Shown: piece after piece, positions 10,260-20,292 of the stretch
Layout of the letters: each line of letters starts with the position of its first letter
Position numbering within the stretch: position 1 is the first letter of the stretch
Origin: Thelocarpon superellum
Taxonomy: Eukaryota
Direction: 5' to 3'
DNA: 33,901 nucleotides
NCBI GenBank assembly: GCA_026025795.1
Contig: JAPEUG010000015.1
Span: 62,001-95,901, forward strand
Notes under the pieces: generated by a model
Seen by the model: the letters and a program-made list of their open reading frames with translations, nothing else
Told to the model about the DNA's origin: nothing
Databases searched by the model: none
Made by a program: the position numbers and the translations under genes

Positions 10260-11804
10260 ATGAAGCCCCTCGAAGATGCGATCCCTTCCCTCGTATTTCA
10301 GACATTTGACAACCTGCCATCGTCACGAAAACCCAGACCGCGAGACGGGAGCTTCGAGTGGGTGCCGCTGAGTGGCATCGTGCTTCATACAGGTGCAAAT
10401 GTCCCTCCGCTCCGGAGGAATCGACAATAATTCGAGCTGCAGCTGGCAATGATCTCACATGTGCGGCCTTGGGGTGATGAGTCCCGTTCGAAGCTCGAGA
10501 TGTGATACTCATGGAGATTCAGAACGGGCATGCAATGCCTACCGGACCATGCACTGTCCAATGCCAATGGCGCCATCGTTCACGACTGGCACGCCGAAGT
10601 GCTTGCCATACGCTCGTTCAATCTGTAATTTCCCCGTCTGCCGTCCGATACGAGATGTTGAGATCCGTAGCTTCCTCGCGCAAGAATGCTATGCTTTGGC
10701 GTCTTCTCGGCCGTCACAGTTCGTGAGATGGCGCCATGCAGAGGAGATGTCTCCCGCGGACTTTCAACCGTTTGCCATCAAGGATGATACGTCCATATAC
10801 ATGTATTGCTCGGAAGCGCCCTGCAAGTCGCCCCGCCCCGCCCCGGCCCGCCCAGCTCCTCCTCACCGACATCACAATGCTCATGGACATCTACCAGGCG
10901 GCGATGCCAGCATGGAGCTGACCATGTCGGCCCAACAGGACTCGAGTCCATGGCCGCTCACAGCCGAGACATCTACTCCGGATCAAGATGCCCTCGCCCC
11001 TCTACATGGTCGGGGTTACTTCTCCGAACTAGGCGCTGTACGAACGAAACCAGGTAGGAGGCCGTGTGGCACTGACACCCCATCTGAGATGCTGACGATG
11101 TCGGTATAGCACGAGCCGACGCACCGCGAACGCTGTCAAAGTCATGCTCGGACAAGCTGGCACTGAAGCAATGCACCTCGCTCCTCTCCTCCGTGACCAC
11201 TCTCCTCATCTCGCCCAGCACGGCCTACCTGAAAGCTCTGATCCTGCCCTCGTCGCAGTATTCCGAGCGTGCATGTACACGAGCCTTTAGCCCATCCGGT
11301 CGTCTCCACGAAGTAGCCGGCCGGTCATGGCGCGGCAGCTACGGCTTCCGCCCCTTCGAGATCAAGACCACGGACCAAGAATTCGCCCTGTCGCGCCGAA
11401 GCGGTCCGACCGGCTTCCCGCTAGTCGCCAGCAACATCTCCGCCGTCTACACGCCCCATATCCAGCAAACGCTGATCGGAGGCCGCCTGGCGGGAAGGAA
11501 GGCCACGGATCTCCGCGGTGCCAGTGCCGTGTCGAGACGGGGGCTGTGGAGCGCCGTCGCGCAAGTCGTCGCGTTGCTTGGACTTCCTGCGCTCCAGGCG
11601 GCGGTCTCGGGTGGCCAGGGTGCCAAGTATGGCGCTCTAAAGGATCATGAGCTCCTCGCCCCTCGGCGCCGGGTTAAGGCTGATGTGACGCGTGGGCCGC
11701 TGCGGAGGTGGGGTCGCAGCGGGGCGGATGATTTCGCGCTCCCTATGAATCCTGCCTTGTCTATTCCACAGTATCGTGCTGACATTCCAGAAGTGAGGCG
11801 ATGA
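10260..11804 (+). CDS. TAD1: tRNA-specific adenosine deaminase 1 (ADAT1/Tad1), ~422 aa, 6 exons
   Basis: Exons 10260-10392, 10443-10473, 10523-10624, 10671-10822, 10898-11053, 11110-11804 (1269 nt in frame). Deaminase motifs: LGTGMQCLP, HDWHAEVLAIRSFN, YCSEAPCGDASM (restored only by a GC-AG intron at 10823-10897), VRTKPARAD, TLSKSCSDKL. Confidence 0.92.
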
Positions 11805-12183
11805 CGGATGATGACGAGGTTTGCAGTTCACTGGGACGAGGTGGTTTACTTTCTTCGTCGGTATCAGAGGGGTCTTCATCGTGGCAGCAAATGCTGGGAG
11901 TCGTGTTGATCTTCTAAGGAAACTAGTTACAAGTCGCCGCAAGAATCAGGTGAAGCAGATTCCGTAGCAGCACGAACGGCTGGGGCCATGACGGCATTGG
12001 GAATGGAGATGAGAGCCGAAGTCAGGGTCAAAGGAGTCGTAGAGAAGGTGGGGAAGTCATGGAGAATGAAGAGGAGGGAGATGAGCCAGAGCGATTCGCG
12101 ATACCGGGATCCTGGAATGATGCTTCAGTTAGGTAGGGGCAATGAGAAAGCGCAGGAGTCGACTCACTTCACCCATCTGTCGT

Positions 12184-13271
12184 TCATCCCGTCTCATGGC
12201 CCGCAGTGCCGCTGGGTCCCTCACCGCTTCCTTCTGGCACCGAGCTGGTAGCTGTCGTGGTTGCTGCCTCCGCCTCCGCTTGGGCATGAGCTGCAAGCGC
12301 CTCCTCTCGCGCCTTGCGCCGGGCCTCTCGCTTTTGGACGCGTTCCGCCTGCTCCTCACGGAACTTGTTACGCAGGCGATTGTTGAGCGCGCGCGCTGCC
12401 TCAAGTTCCTCGATCTGACGGTCGTATTCGGCATGAGCGTCGATGTTTTTCTGCTGCTTGCGGACCTCGCGATCATCGTCCGCCTTGATGGACGCCTCGA
12501 GTCTCGCCTGGGTACCGTGCTGTCGCTTGGTCGCTGCAATCTCTTCTTCGCTGATGAAAGGGCTCTTCTTCGCCTCTTGGCGTCGGTACACGTCCCGCAC
12601 GTGCTCTGGGTTGGTCGTCCGGCTCGCGATCCGCTCGATGTAGTCGAGATTGCGAAGACGGTATCCTGGTGGTGGCACGAGCGCTTTGTCGGCCGCTGAA
12701 TCATCCGGGGTCATCTTGCCGGCGTCAGACATCGTGGTGGTGAGGTGCGTACTCGCAAGTTGCTGAGTCGCCGTAGTGAGAGAGGAGGTGAGGGCGGAGG
12801 GAGAGATGGTAGGAGGAAGGGCCGGTGTTGCTGCCGACGCTCCTAAGTATTAGAAACAAGCGTTAGTGGGGCTGAAGCTGAGGTGGAAGTGAATGGTAGG
12901 GCTAGGATCAGGGCGTACCCTGGGCTCGAATTGCCTCGTCCACAATTCGGCGCGCTCCGAGGTAGAGCTTCTTGAAGGCCCCGCTGTTCGGGACCTCGTT
13001 GTTCGTGGCCCGCGCGATCTCCCTGATTCCGAGATCCTCGAAATCGTACAGCTGGATGACCCGCTGTTGGGTCGGGGTGAGCCCCAGTTCCTCACTCCGC
13101 ACGAGGGAGGAGTACTGGGCGCTCAGTCTCGTGGCTAGCACGGATATATAAGCGCCGACCCTCCAGGTCGTGGAGAAAGAAAGGAAGAGAAAAAGAGAGA
13201 GACTTACTGTTGGCGCAGCGGGTCTTCTTATTTGGGTTGGTCGGCACTGGTTCTGCTGGTGATTCTGCCAT
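12184..13271 (-). CDS. Uncharacterised protein, ~312 aa: N-terminal sigma-70 region-4-like helix-turn-helix, S/T/P linker, C-terminal charged coiled coil; 3 exons
   Basis: Exons 13271-13208, 13134-12919, 12842-12184 (939 nt in frame). Donors are GTAAGT and GTACGC; intron 2 has CTAAC/CTAAT and a TTAG acceptor. The model joins three separate ORF-track ORFs into one frame. Confidence 0.7.
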
Positions 13272-13387
13272 CACTAAACAAGGGCGGTGAGTGACGAACC
13301 GGACGAAGAAGGAAGGTCTAGCCGAGAAATATATGTCGCGTGCACCTGCCGTTTACCCGGCACGCCGAGACACGGCGTCCAAATTTT

Positions 13388-13500
13388 AACGGCGACTTGA
13401 GAGGCTCGCCCGGTCACGATGCATCATCGAACGGCAAGTCTTAGAGGCTCGCCCGATCAACATCCATCGTTGAACAGCAAGTCTCAGAGGGACGCCCGGT
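13388..13500. repeat. Imperfect tandem repeat, about 3 copies of a 42-43 bp unit, in a divergent promoter
   Basis: Units start at 13388 (aacggcgacttgagaggctcgcccggtcacgatgcatcatcg), 13430 (aacggcaagtcttagaggctcgcccgatcaacatccatcgttg) and 13473 (aacagcaagtctcagagggacgcccggt, partial). Confidence 0.85.
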
Positions 13501-13542
13501 GATCACCTCTCTGTCCCCCAACTCCGCTCATTCAATCAGGCA

Positions 13543-13968
13543 ATGGCAAGTCATCCTGGCACACGCCGAAGTTCCTGGCGGGCCCCAAAGGAGTACTAAT
13601 ATGATTGTAGGCGGACAAGCTCCGTGCGCAGCAGCAGCTGGAACAGCTACAAGCTCGATACGTGGGCACCGGTCATGCCGATACAACCAAGTTCGAGTGG
13701 ACATCCAACATTCAACGGGACAGCTATGCGAGCTACATCGGTCATCCACCGCTCCTCGAATACATGGCAATCGGACTTGGCGACAGCAAGGAGAAGGTGC
13801 GAGCCATGATGATTGAGGTAGGCTCTCGGGATCTGTAGCCCTCCAAGATGCTGAATCGTGCGACAGAAGATGATTCAACCCGTCGGGAAACCACCAGAGG
13901 TAGAGACATCTAGTCTACCATATATTACCACGTCGATGATGCTAATATCTTCACAGGTGCAGGATTGA
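13543..13968 (+). CDS. SF3B5: Splicing factor 3B subunit 5 (SF3b10/Ysf3), 84 aa, 4 exons
   Basis: Exons 13543-13545 (ATG only), 13611-13817, 13867-13899, 13957-13968. Spliced product: MADKLRAQQQLEQLQARYVGTGHADTTKFEWTSNIQRDSYASYIGHPPLLEYMAIGLGDSKEKVRAMMIEKMIQPVGKPPEVQD. Intron 1 is GC-AG. The gene is not shown in the ORF track. Confidence 0.95.
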
Positions 13969-14024
13969 CTGAAATACATGGGGGGGCGGACGACGTGCAT
14001 CTCCATCGCAGCCGTCTTTCTCAT

Positions 14025-15222
14025 CTAAGCGCTACGAAGTCTCCCAACATCCTACTCAATATCAGCCCCAGGGTGGATCACGGCTTTCATAATGCACTCA
14101 CCGTGGAGAACGACGTCCACTGTCTTGTCCGAGGCCCGTCCCGATCAGCCAGCACCTCGCAGATGCCAATCTGATCCCACCTCCGATCTGTGCCTCCTCC
14201 ATATGCTTCTTCTGCGTCCGCTCGGGTCGTGGGCATCTGCGTGAGATATATGTGCAGGTCCACGCACGAGGCGAAGCTCTTCCCCAGTGCCGGTTTGCCG
14301 AGCGTGGACGCAAAGATGGAGGCGTCCTCGGAGGGTCTGTGCGTACGTTGATAGTATGAACCGTTTCCGTGGCGCGTCGACACAACGCCATTGATGAGGA
14401 GTGTACACATCCTGTGTTCTGTCGTGAGAAGCGCCAGTGATCTTGTGAAGTCATGCAACCGAGCGAGGCCTTCGCTCTCTGTCAACGCTGTGCTCTAGAT
14501 CACTCCGCAAAACAGTGCCATGATCTCGTACCTTTAACATGATCGTGGCTCATCATCGCGGACGTAACATTGGTCATGGTGTCCACGATGACCATCCCGA
14601 TATCTAGCCCCATCTCTCCTCCCCTTCCGCTCGTAACCGCATTCGCGCCCGCCTGGTCCCCCTCTTGGTCCTCGTCACCTTCTTCCCCCTCACTATCCGC
14701 GACCAACATCGGCACATCACTCTTCCCCACACCTTGATCATTCCCCGCCCCCACCAAATCTCCTTTGACCTCATCGACCGCCTCCACCAGCCCGGCAAAG
14801 TCAAAGACCCTCATGACCCTAACGCGATCCAAGACGCTCCTCACCATCTCAATCTTCTCCCCACCGGATGGTAGCTGCGGCTGTAAGCTCCCCGCGTCTC
14901 GTATCCGCGCGCAGACCAGATCCCGAAACCAGGTGGGCGAGAACCCACCCGTGGTATCCACCACGGCCGCCAAGGCCGTTTGGTGCGCCAGGAGATGCGA
15001 CGTCAGCGCCTCCAGGGCCATCAGAGTCTTTCCGGACCCCGCACCCCCCGAGATGGCCGTCACGCGTCCGTAGCCAAAGCCCCCGTGTAAGACGTCGTCG
15101 TCGATGCTGCGGCACCCGGTGCGGAGGACTTGGCGTGCGTGTTTCGCCCCTAGCTCCTGTGCGAAGAGGCTGGAGGCGAGCATCGCCCTCGCTGGTGGCA
15201 CGTCCGTGCTGCTTGAATCCAT
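14025..15222 (-). CDS. RecA/Rad51-family paralog (RAD51D-like), ~361 aa, 3 exons
   Basis: Exons 15222-14532, 14469-14102, 14051-14025 (1086 nt in frame). Motifs: LRTGCRSIDDDVLHGG, Walker A GGAGSGKT, VVDTTGGFSP, VRVMRVFD, Walker B MVIVD, KPALGKSF. Confidence 0.85.
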
Positions 15223-15802
15223 GGCCTTCGATGGCTCGAGGGACGTGTCCTGGTCGGGCTGATACCCCGACCCAGGTAAGGCAAACTCGCCGTCCAGAAT
15301 AGGTTTCGACTCGTGGATCCCGCCCCGCTCTCTTTTGAAGAAGCCCCATGGCCACGGCAATAAAGGGCCAACTACCCAAAAAACCGGATTAGTTTTCATC
15401 ACCGTTTCCGGTGGTATGCATGCTGACAATGCTACTTGGAGGAAGACTGTTCCATTCTCAGTGGGTTTAAAGGTCTACAGTATCGATGCTCGTCACCTTC
15501 ATCTACTCGGGTCTGAGACGGATGATCCCCGTAGCCAAGCACGACAGGGAAGGATCATGCGTCTTTCCAACCTCCAACCCAGACGCCTCACTAGCAGATG
15601 AACAAAAGAGTGTTGTGATGCATCCACCCCCAAGTCGGTTCGGGAAGAAAAGTGCCCAAGGAAGTCCGAGGAAAGTCCTGGGCGGGGCTCTCTCTTCACC
15701 AGCTAGGGTGAGGCCACTGTCTCTGTGTACTCCAAACATCTCCACGCGAGGTTGATAAGCGTGAGCCCCAACGTTCTGATCGAGGAATGCCAGCAATCCT
15801 AA

Positions 15803-17840
15803 TCAGGTTCGCTCGGCCGGCCGCGCTCGCCGCCCGCCCTTCAAGCTCTTGACGCGGGACAGGAAGCCCATGGGTTTGGCCTCCTCGGGGGCAGGGGCTG
15901 GGGGAGCTTCGAGGCCATCGTGCGTGGTACGTCGCTGTAGTTCCCGGCGAGGATTGCTTGGGGCATCGAAGCGGACGTGCTCGCGCTCCGCCACGGCAAT
16001 GCTCTCGCCCTTCTGGTCATAAGCCTTGTCGTATTCATTGTACGCGGGCGCCGGCGTGTTGTTGGTGTAGGATTGGCCAATGATGTTACCGCTGGAAAAG
16101 GGACGTTCCGCCTCCCGGGGCGAGGTCGTATTCGTAAGTTCATATCGTTGCTCCGGCGAAGCAACACGGCCCGAGGGCCGGCCGAACTGGCGCGATGAGT
16201 TCATGCCGCGGATCTTCTGAACAAGTGACTTTTTCCGGCTGAGGCCTCCCGCTCCGGAAAGTGTGGGGACAGTCTCGCTCTCGGACTCACGTCGCTTGAT
16301 AGCGTTCCTGGACGCTGGCGCGCCCTCCAAGAAGGTCGACGTGCCGAGGCCGAGCGACTCATCTCCATGGACGGGATCTACGCGAGCGATGGGATTAAAG
16401 GCGCCAGGGATGTTGTCCTGGCGTCCAAGGGGGGAAAAGGTAGATGACCGTGAGGACATGGGTCGGATCGGACGCTCCGCATAGCTGTAACCGCCCATGG
16501 CCTCGCCGCCACTGGTGGAGAAGTCGGAGAAGGCCTCGGCGCCGCGGGTGCCATGGAACAAGTTATGGTCAATGTCCTTGTTGACGGGCCCGCTTCCTCC
16601 GAGCACATTGTTGGCAGAATCCTTGGGGAAGGCTCGCATGGGCGCCCGCGAGCTTTCCTTTCGATTTCGATGGGGATTGCAAGCGTCAAACGGCCCGTCG
16701 TGGTGGAACACTGTACTTCATCAGCGACAGGCCCGTCTGATGCGGAGAGAGCTGGTCCGTACATCCTGTGCCGTAGATGCTGGTCACGTCCAGCTTATCA
16801 ATGACGTCTAGGCGTTGGTTGGGCTTCTTCGCACGGGGCGATCCCCGCGCGCCCTTCTCGCGCGATTTCCCGTCTCGATACTTGCTGTCACGATGGCGCC
16901 GTTCACGACGGCGTCGCTCGTCATCCGGGTCCAGGACTTTGCTCGATCTCGCATCGACCACCGAGGTATCGGAATTGCGTCTGGGCCGTCGCTCACGGGG
17001 TCGGACGGATTCGGTTGGGTCGGCGAAGATGTTGAGATCGTGCGTGGACCGTCCTGCCTTGAGCCCTGCGCTCTTCTCGCCGTTTCGCGCCGGTAGCGGG
17101 TTGGAACCCAAGGTGGGAGGGGCCCGGCTCTTAGACGGAGGGGGTACGTTTTCTGCTAGATTGTCAGTCCTCACGGTCGCGAAAGGCGGGGTAGAAATAA
17201 GGCGTTGGTACCGATGGTGCTCTGCTTGCCACTCAGATCGAGATTGGCCTGGCCGACTCCGATTAGTTGAGAGACAATGTCGGTGCACGAGACGAGGACG
17301 ATTGCAAGAAGTCAAGACGCGACCGGGCAGTGCTCCACTCGGCATTTGAGGGGTCGAAGGACGAGCTAGGGAGAGAGATATACCAGTGCGTTCGTGGGAG
17401 CCTCGGGCGCATCCGTTCTCGAGACCGCGGTGTTACCGGTGGCAAAGGCCATGGCTTGACGTGGCGGTTTGGATCCTGGCGGCGGGACGGGTTTGTCGGC
17501 GTCCAAGACGTCGACAAACGGGTTTCGCGACACGGGCCGACCTTCAAACGTGGCGCTCTGCGGCGAGGTTTGACTGGTGAGAGACGAAGGTGAGGCGGCA
17601 CGATTACGAAAAGGATTGTTGGAGGAAAGGTTGAGATTTAGGGTCTCGGGCGCTTGCCCTTCTGGAAGAAAGAGGAAGACATCAGCGTCGGGCGAGGCGG
17701 CTGGGTCGGGTTGAAACTGGTGAAACGCCCAGGGGGAAGAGTGGAAGCTCAGGCGAGAAAGCGGCCGCTGTAGGAGTTGCATGGTGGCGAAAGCCGTTGG
17801 GGGGATACGTACCTTGGATGGGACGGTCGACGAGGGACAT
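15803..17840 (-). CDS. PAL1: Pal1 cell-morphology family protein, ~547 aa, 5 exons
   Basis: Exons 17840-17813, 17661-17384, 17248-17212, 17155-16763, 16710-15803 (1644 nt in frame). NPF motifs (SNNPFRN, SRNPF), LDVIDKLDVTSIYGTGLFHHDGPFDACNPHRN, VHGDESLGLGTSTFLEGAPAS, GFLSRVKSLKGGRR. Confidence 0.92.
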
Positions 17841-20292
17841 GGTTTTAAACGTCACACGCTCAAGGCCTGAGGGTCGCGGACTCCTGTCGGCAACAAGAAT
17901 GAGGGCGCTTGGATGTTGTGGCCGTGGGTCCGGAAGGGAACGCGCTGGCACAACGGGGCAGCGATACGTGCGGGTGTCGCGCGGGCAGGTAAGTGGTGTG
18001 CGGCGCCGGCGAGGGACAGAGCAGCGGCTGTACCAGCGCAGGTGCTGGCAGATGAATGGAGCGCGCCGCCGAGCGATGGCAAGCAAGTTGGCTCCTGTAG
18101 GAACGAGTGGGGAGCAGCGGATAGGTGAGGGATGAACGGAGGAGAGATTGCTTGCGTGCGACTTGATTTATGCCATTTGCCAGGCGGCGAATCGGTTACC
18201 AGTTGCCCTTCCAGCAGGCGCGAAAGGTCGCAGCGTTGCAGGGTCTCAGCGTGCACGGTCGCAGCCCGCTGCGAGGGTAGGGGCGAGCCTGGAGAAAGCT
18301 GAGAAAGCGACGGCGTGGCGGCCCGCCAACGAAAACATCCGAAGTTATGCCCAAGTCCTAGACCTTTTGTGTCGCTGCCGAAAGAAACAGCCTGGTTTGG
18401 CGGCGCGGGTTCGCCGATTCATTACTGTGCTTAGCCTAGCATCGCCACTACCCCTCACTCGTCATCCCGGCACGAGACTGCTCTGCCGGTCCCCAGGCGT
18501 AATAGGGGCAGGGCCCGCCGGCTCAGGCCCTCAAGAAGGTCCGGGAGGGCCGTTCGAGGGATCGCTCTTCTTCACCGCCGAGCACATCGCCAAGCCAACG
18601 CCAAGGCAGGAGAGGAGGGAGGTTTCTCCCTTGAGGCCCGCCTGCTTCACCCCGGCGGATGAGGGTTCACGCCCGGACCACGCGTCTCACGTTTGATCAA
18701 CCAATTTCCTCGAGAACCGCCCCACCTTTCTGGATCATCGACAATGCAAGATCGTCATCAAAGCACCTCGCGCCTTTGTTATGCTCGGTCGCTCACCTCA
18801 TCTCATCCGCCACCGGCTCCCGATCCCGATTGACGCCATCAAGTTGCACGGCGCTCCCCGCGCCCAACATCACCGAGACATTAGTGTCCCTTCTTTGCTC
18901 CGTGATACACGCATGGCGCCACATGTAGACGAAGGAAATTTTCCACAAGGTCCATGCGGTCAAGCAGCTTTCCGACGCGTTTCTGCGTTGCCCCTCGATA
19001 CCCCGTCGACTTCCCACTTTGCCGGTTACGCGAGGATCGAGTTCGCAATTCAGGTGAGACAGTAGCTATGCAGCTTGGCATGCGCTAGAAGATTGTTGAC
19101 GTGAAAGCACCCATCGGCTTACTGAAGGACCTGAGCGAACTGAAAGCGTCCTAATCTGTCTCGGAATGCAATTGCATGAGGCACGGCAACGATGGGTTGA
19201 AAGGATTTCTCATTCTCAAATGAGTCTGTGCCGTAGCAGTATCCAGCTGTCCGTCGTCTGTTGTAACGCTCTGTGCCATTGCGGAGCTAATCATCTCTTT
19301 GAAGGAAGGGGTGGTGTACCTGACGTTTTATATCGACATTGTACTTTCAACTTCTTTCGATTATTTTATTCTTCACCCTTTTTACAGGAATGCATGTGGA
19401 TCTAACACTACGGCTTCAGCTTACAAGTCCCGCTCTCTCAGCTCTTCTCTCGCCAGAAGGATTGCTCGCTCCAAAACGGTCCTGGCCCGGTGGTATCTTT
19501 AGCTACTCTGAAAAAGAGACGGCGCTTCCATTGCAGATTTTATTCTCGCTCGATGCCGGATGTCAGAGTGGCGGCGCAACCGCAGTGGAAGCAATATCGA
19601 GGTACCATAGGCGAGCGTGGACCTTGGTCGCCCGCATCACCGTGCATCGCAGACGCAAACGCGTCTGCTCCGCAGTGGCCGGGCGGTCGAGATTCGCGAC
19701 CACTGATTGGATAGTGTGCTATCACGTGCTTGGCTCCGCTGTATCTCCCGCCACCAATTGGAAAGACCTGCCATCTGGCTGGTCAAGAGCCACACTGTTA
19801 GCTTCATGCATCGGCCTCCTAGCCAGCCGGATCTGAAATGTTCCATCCTCTTCTTTGCTTCGGCCGTCCTGGACACACCTGTCTTATCGGGTGACAAGCG
19901 CATCAGCTCGTGTCGACCCAGCTGGCTGTTCCAATGGCCTGCACGCGCCACAATTCCATCAGATCGCAAAACGGGCGGGCTACTGCACGCGGCACCGCCG
20001 GGTTGCCAGCCCCGCAAGAGGCTGATGATATAACCTCACAGGAACTCTCAACGAAGCTTACCGTCCCTTCAGCTTTAGTGCCTGTCTCCATGAGACGGTG
20101 AAAGTTACTGGCGCTGGTACGAGTACGAGTAAGACGAGGACATCCCGCACGGTGGTCCGTGTGAAGATGGGGCGGGATGGCTGGATTAAATAGGGAGCAG
20201 AGGGACGGATCTGGCCCGTCCTCGCTGCCCGTCTCCAATTCTCTCACGGCAAAGCACCAGGTCGCCCCGTGGGATTTGCCCACGCTCCTGTC

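Noticed and set aside
13388..13500. Repeat-plus-variable-spacer pattern superficially like a CRISPR array
   Set aside because: The context is eukaryotic, there are only three degenerate units, the spacers resemble each other, and there are no cas genes. Kept as a tandem repeat.
15272..15281. CTTACCTGG on the - strand, resembling the U1 snRNA 5' end
   Set aside because: It lacks the ATA start, the U1-70K and U1A loops and an Sm site, and it runs directly into the Rad51-paralog CDS.
15223..15429. N-terminal extension of the Rad51-paralog ORF shown in the ORF track
   Set aside because: The track start is non-ATG and the extension has no RecA-family features. An in-frame ATG exists near 15399, but ATG 15222 has good context (gccATGG) just before the conserved-looking region.
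15668..15678. GAGGAAAGTCC, identical to the RNase P P4 5' signature
   Set aside because: It is about 125 bp from the PAL1 stop, I found no matching 3' P4 strand, and there is no room for a ~300-nt RNA. Treated as a chance match.
17925..17945. GGTCCGGAAGGGAAC resembling SRP RNA helix 8
   Set aside because: The flanking CAGG/AGCAG symmetric loop and an Alu-domain motif are missing, and it lies antisense to the PAL1 leader.
19339..19836. 165-aa ORF with a hydrophobic N-terminus
   Set aside because: It has a non-ATG start, the hydrophobicity comes from a T-rich tract, and I found no motif or consistent exon model.
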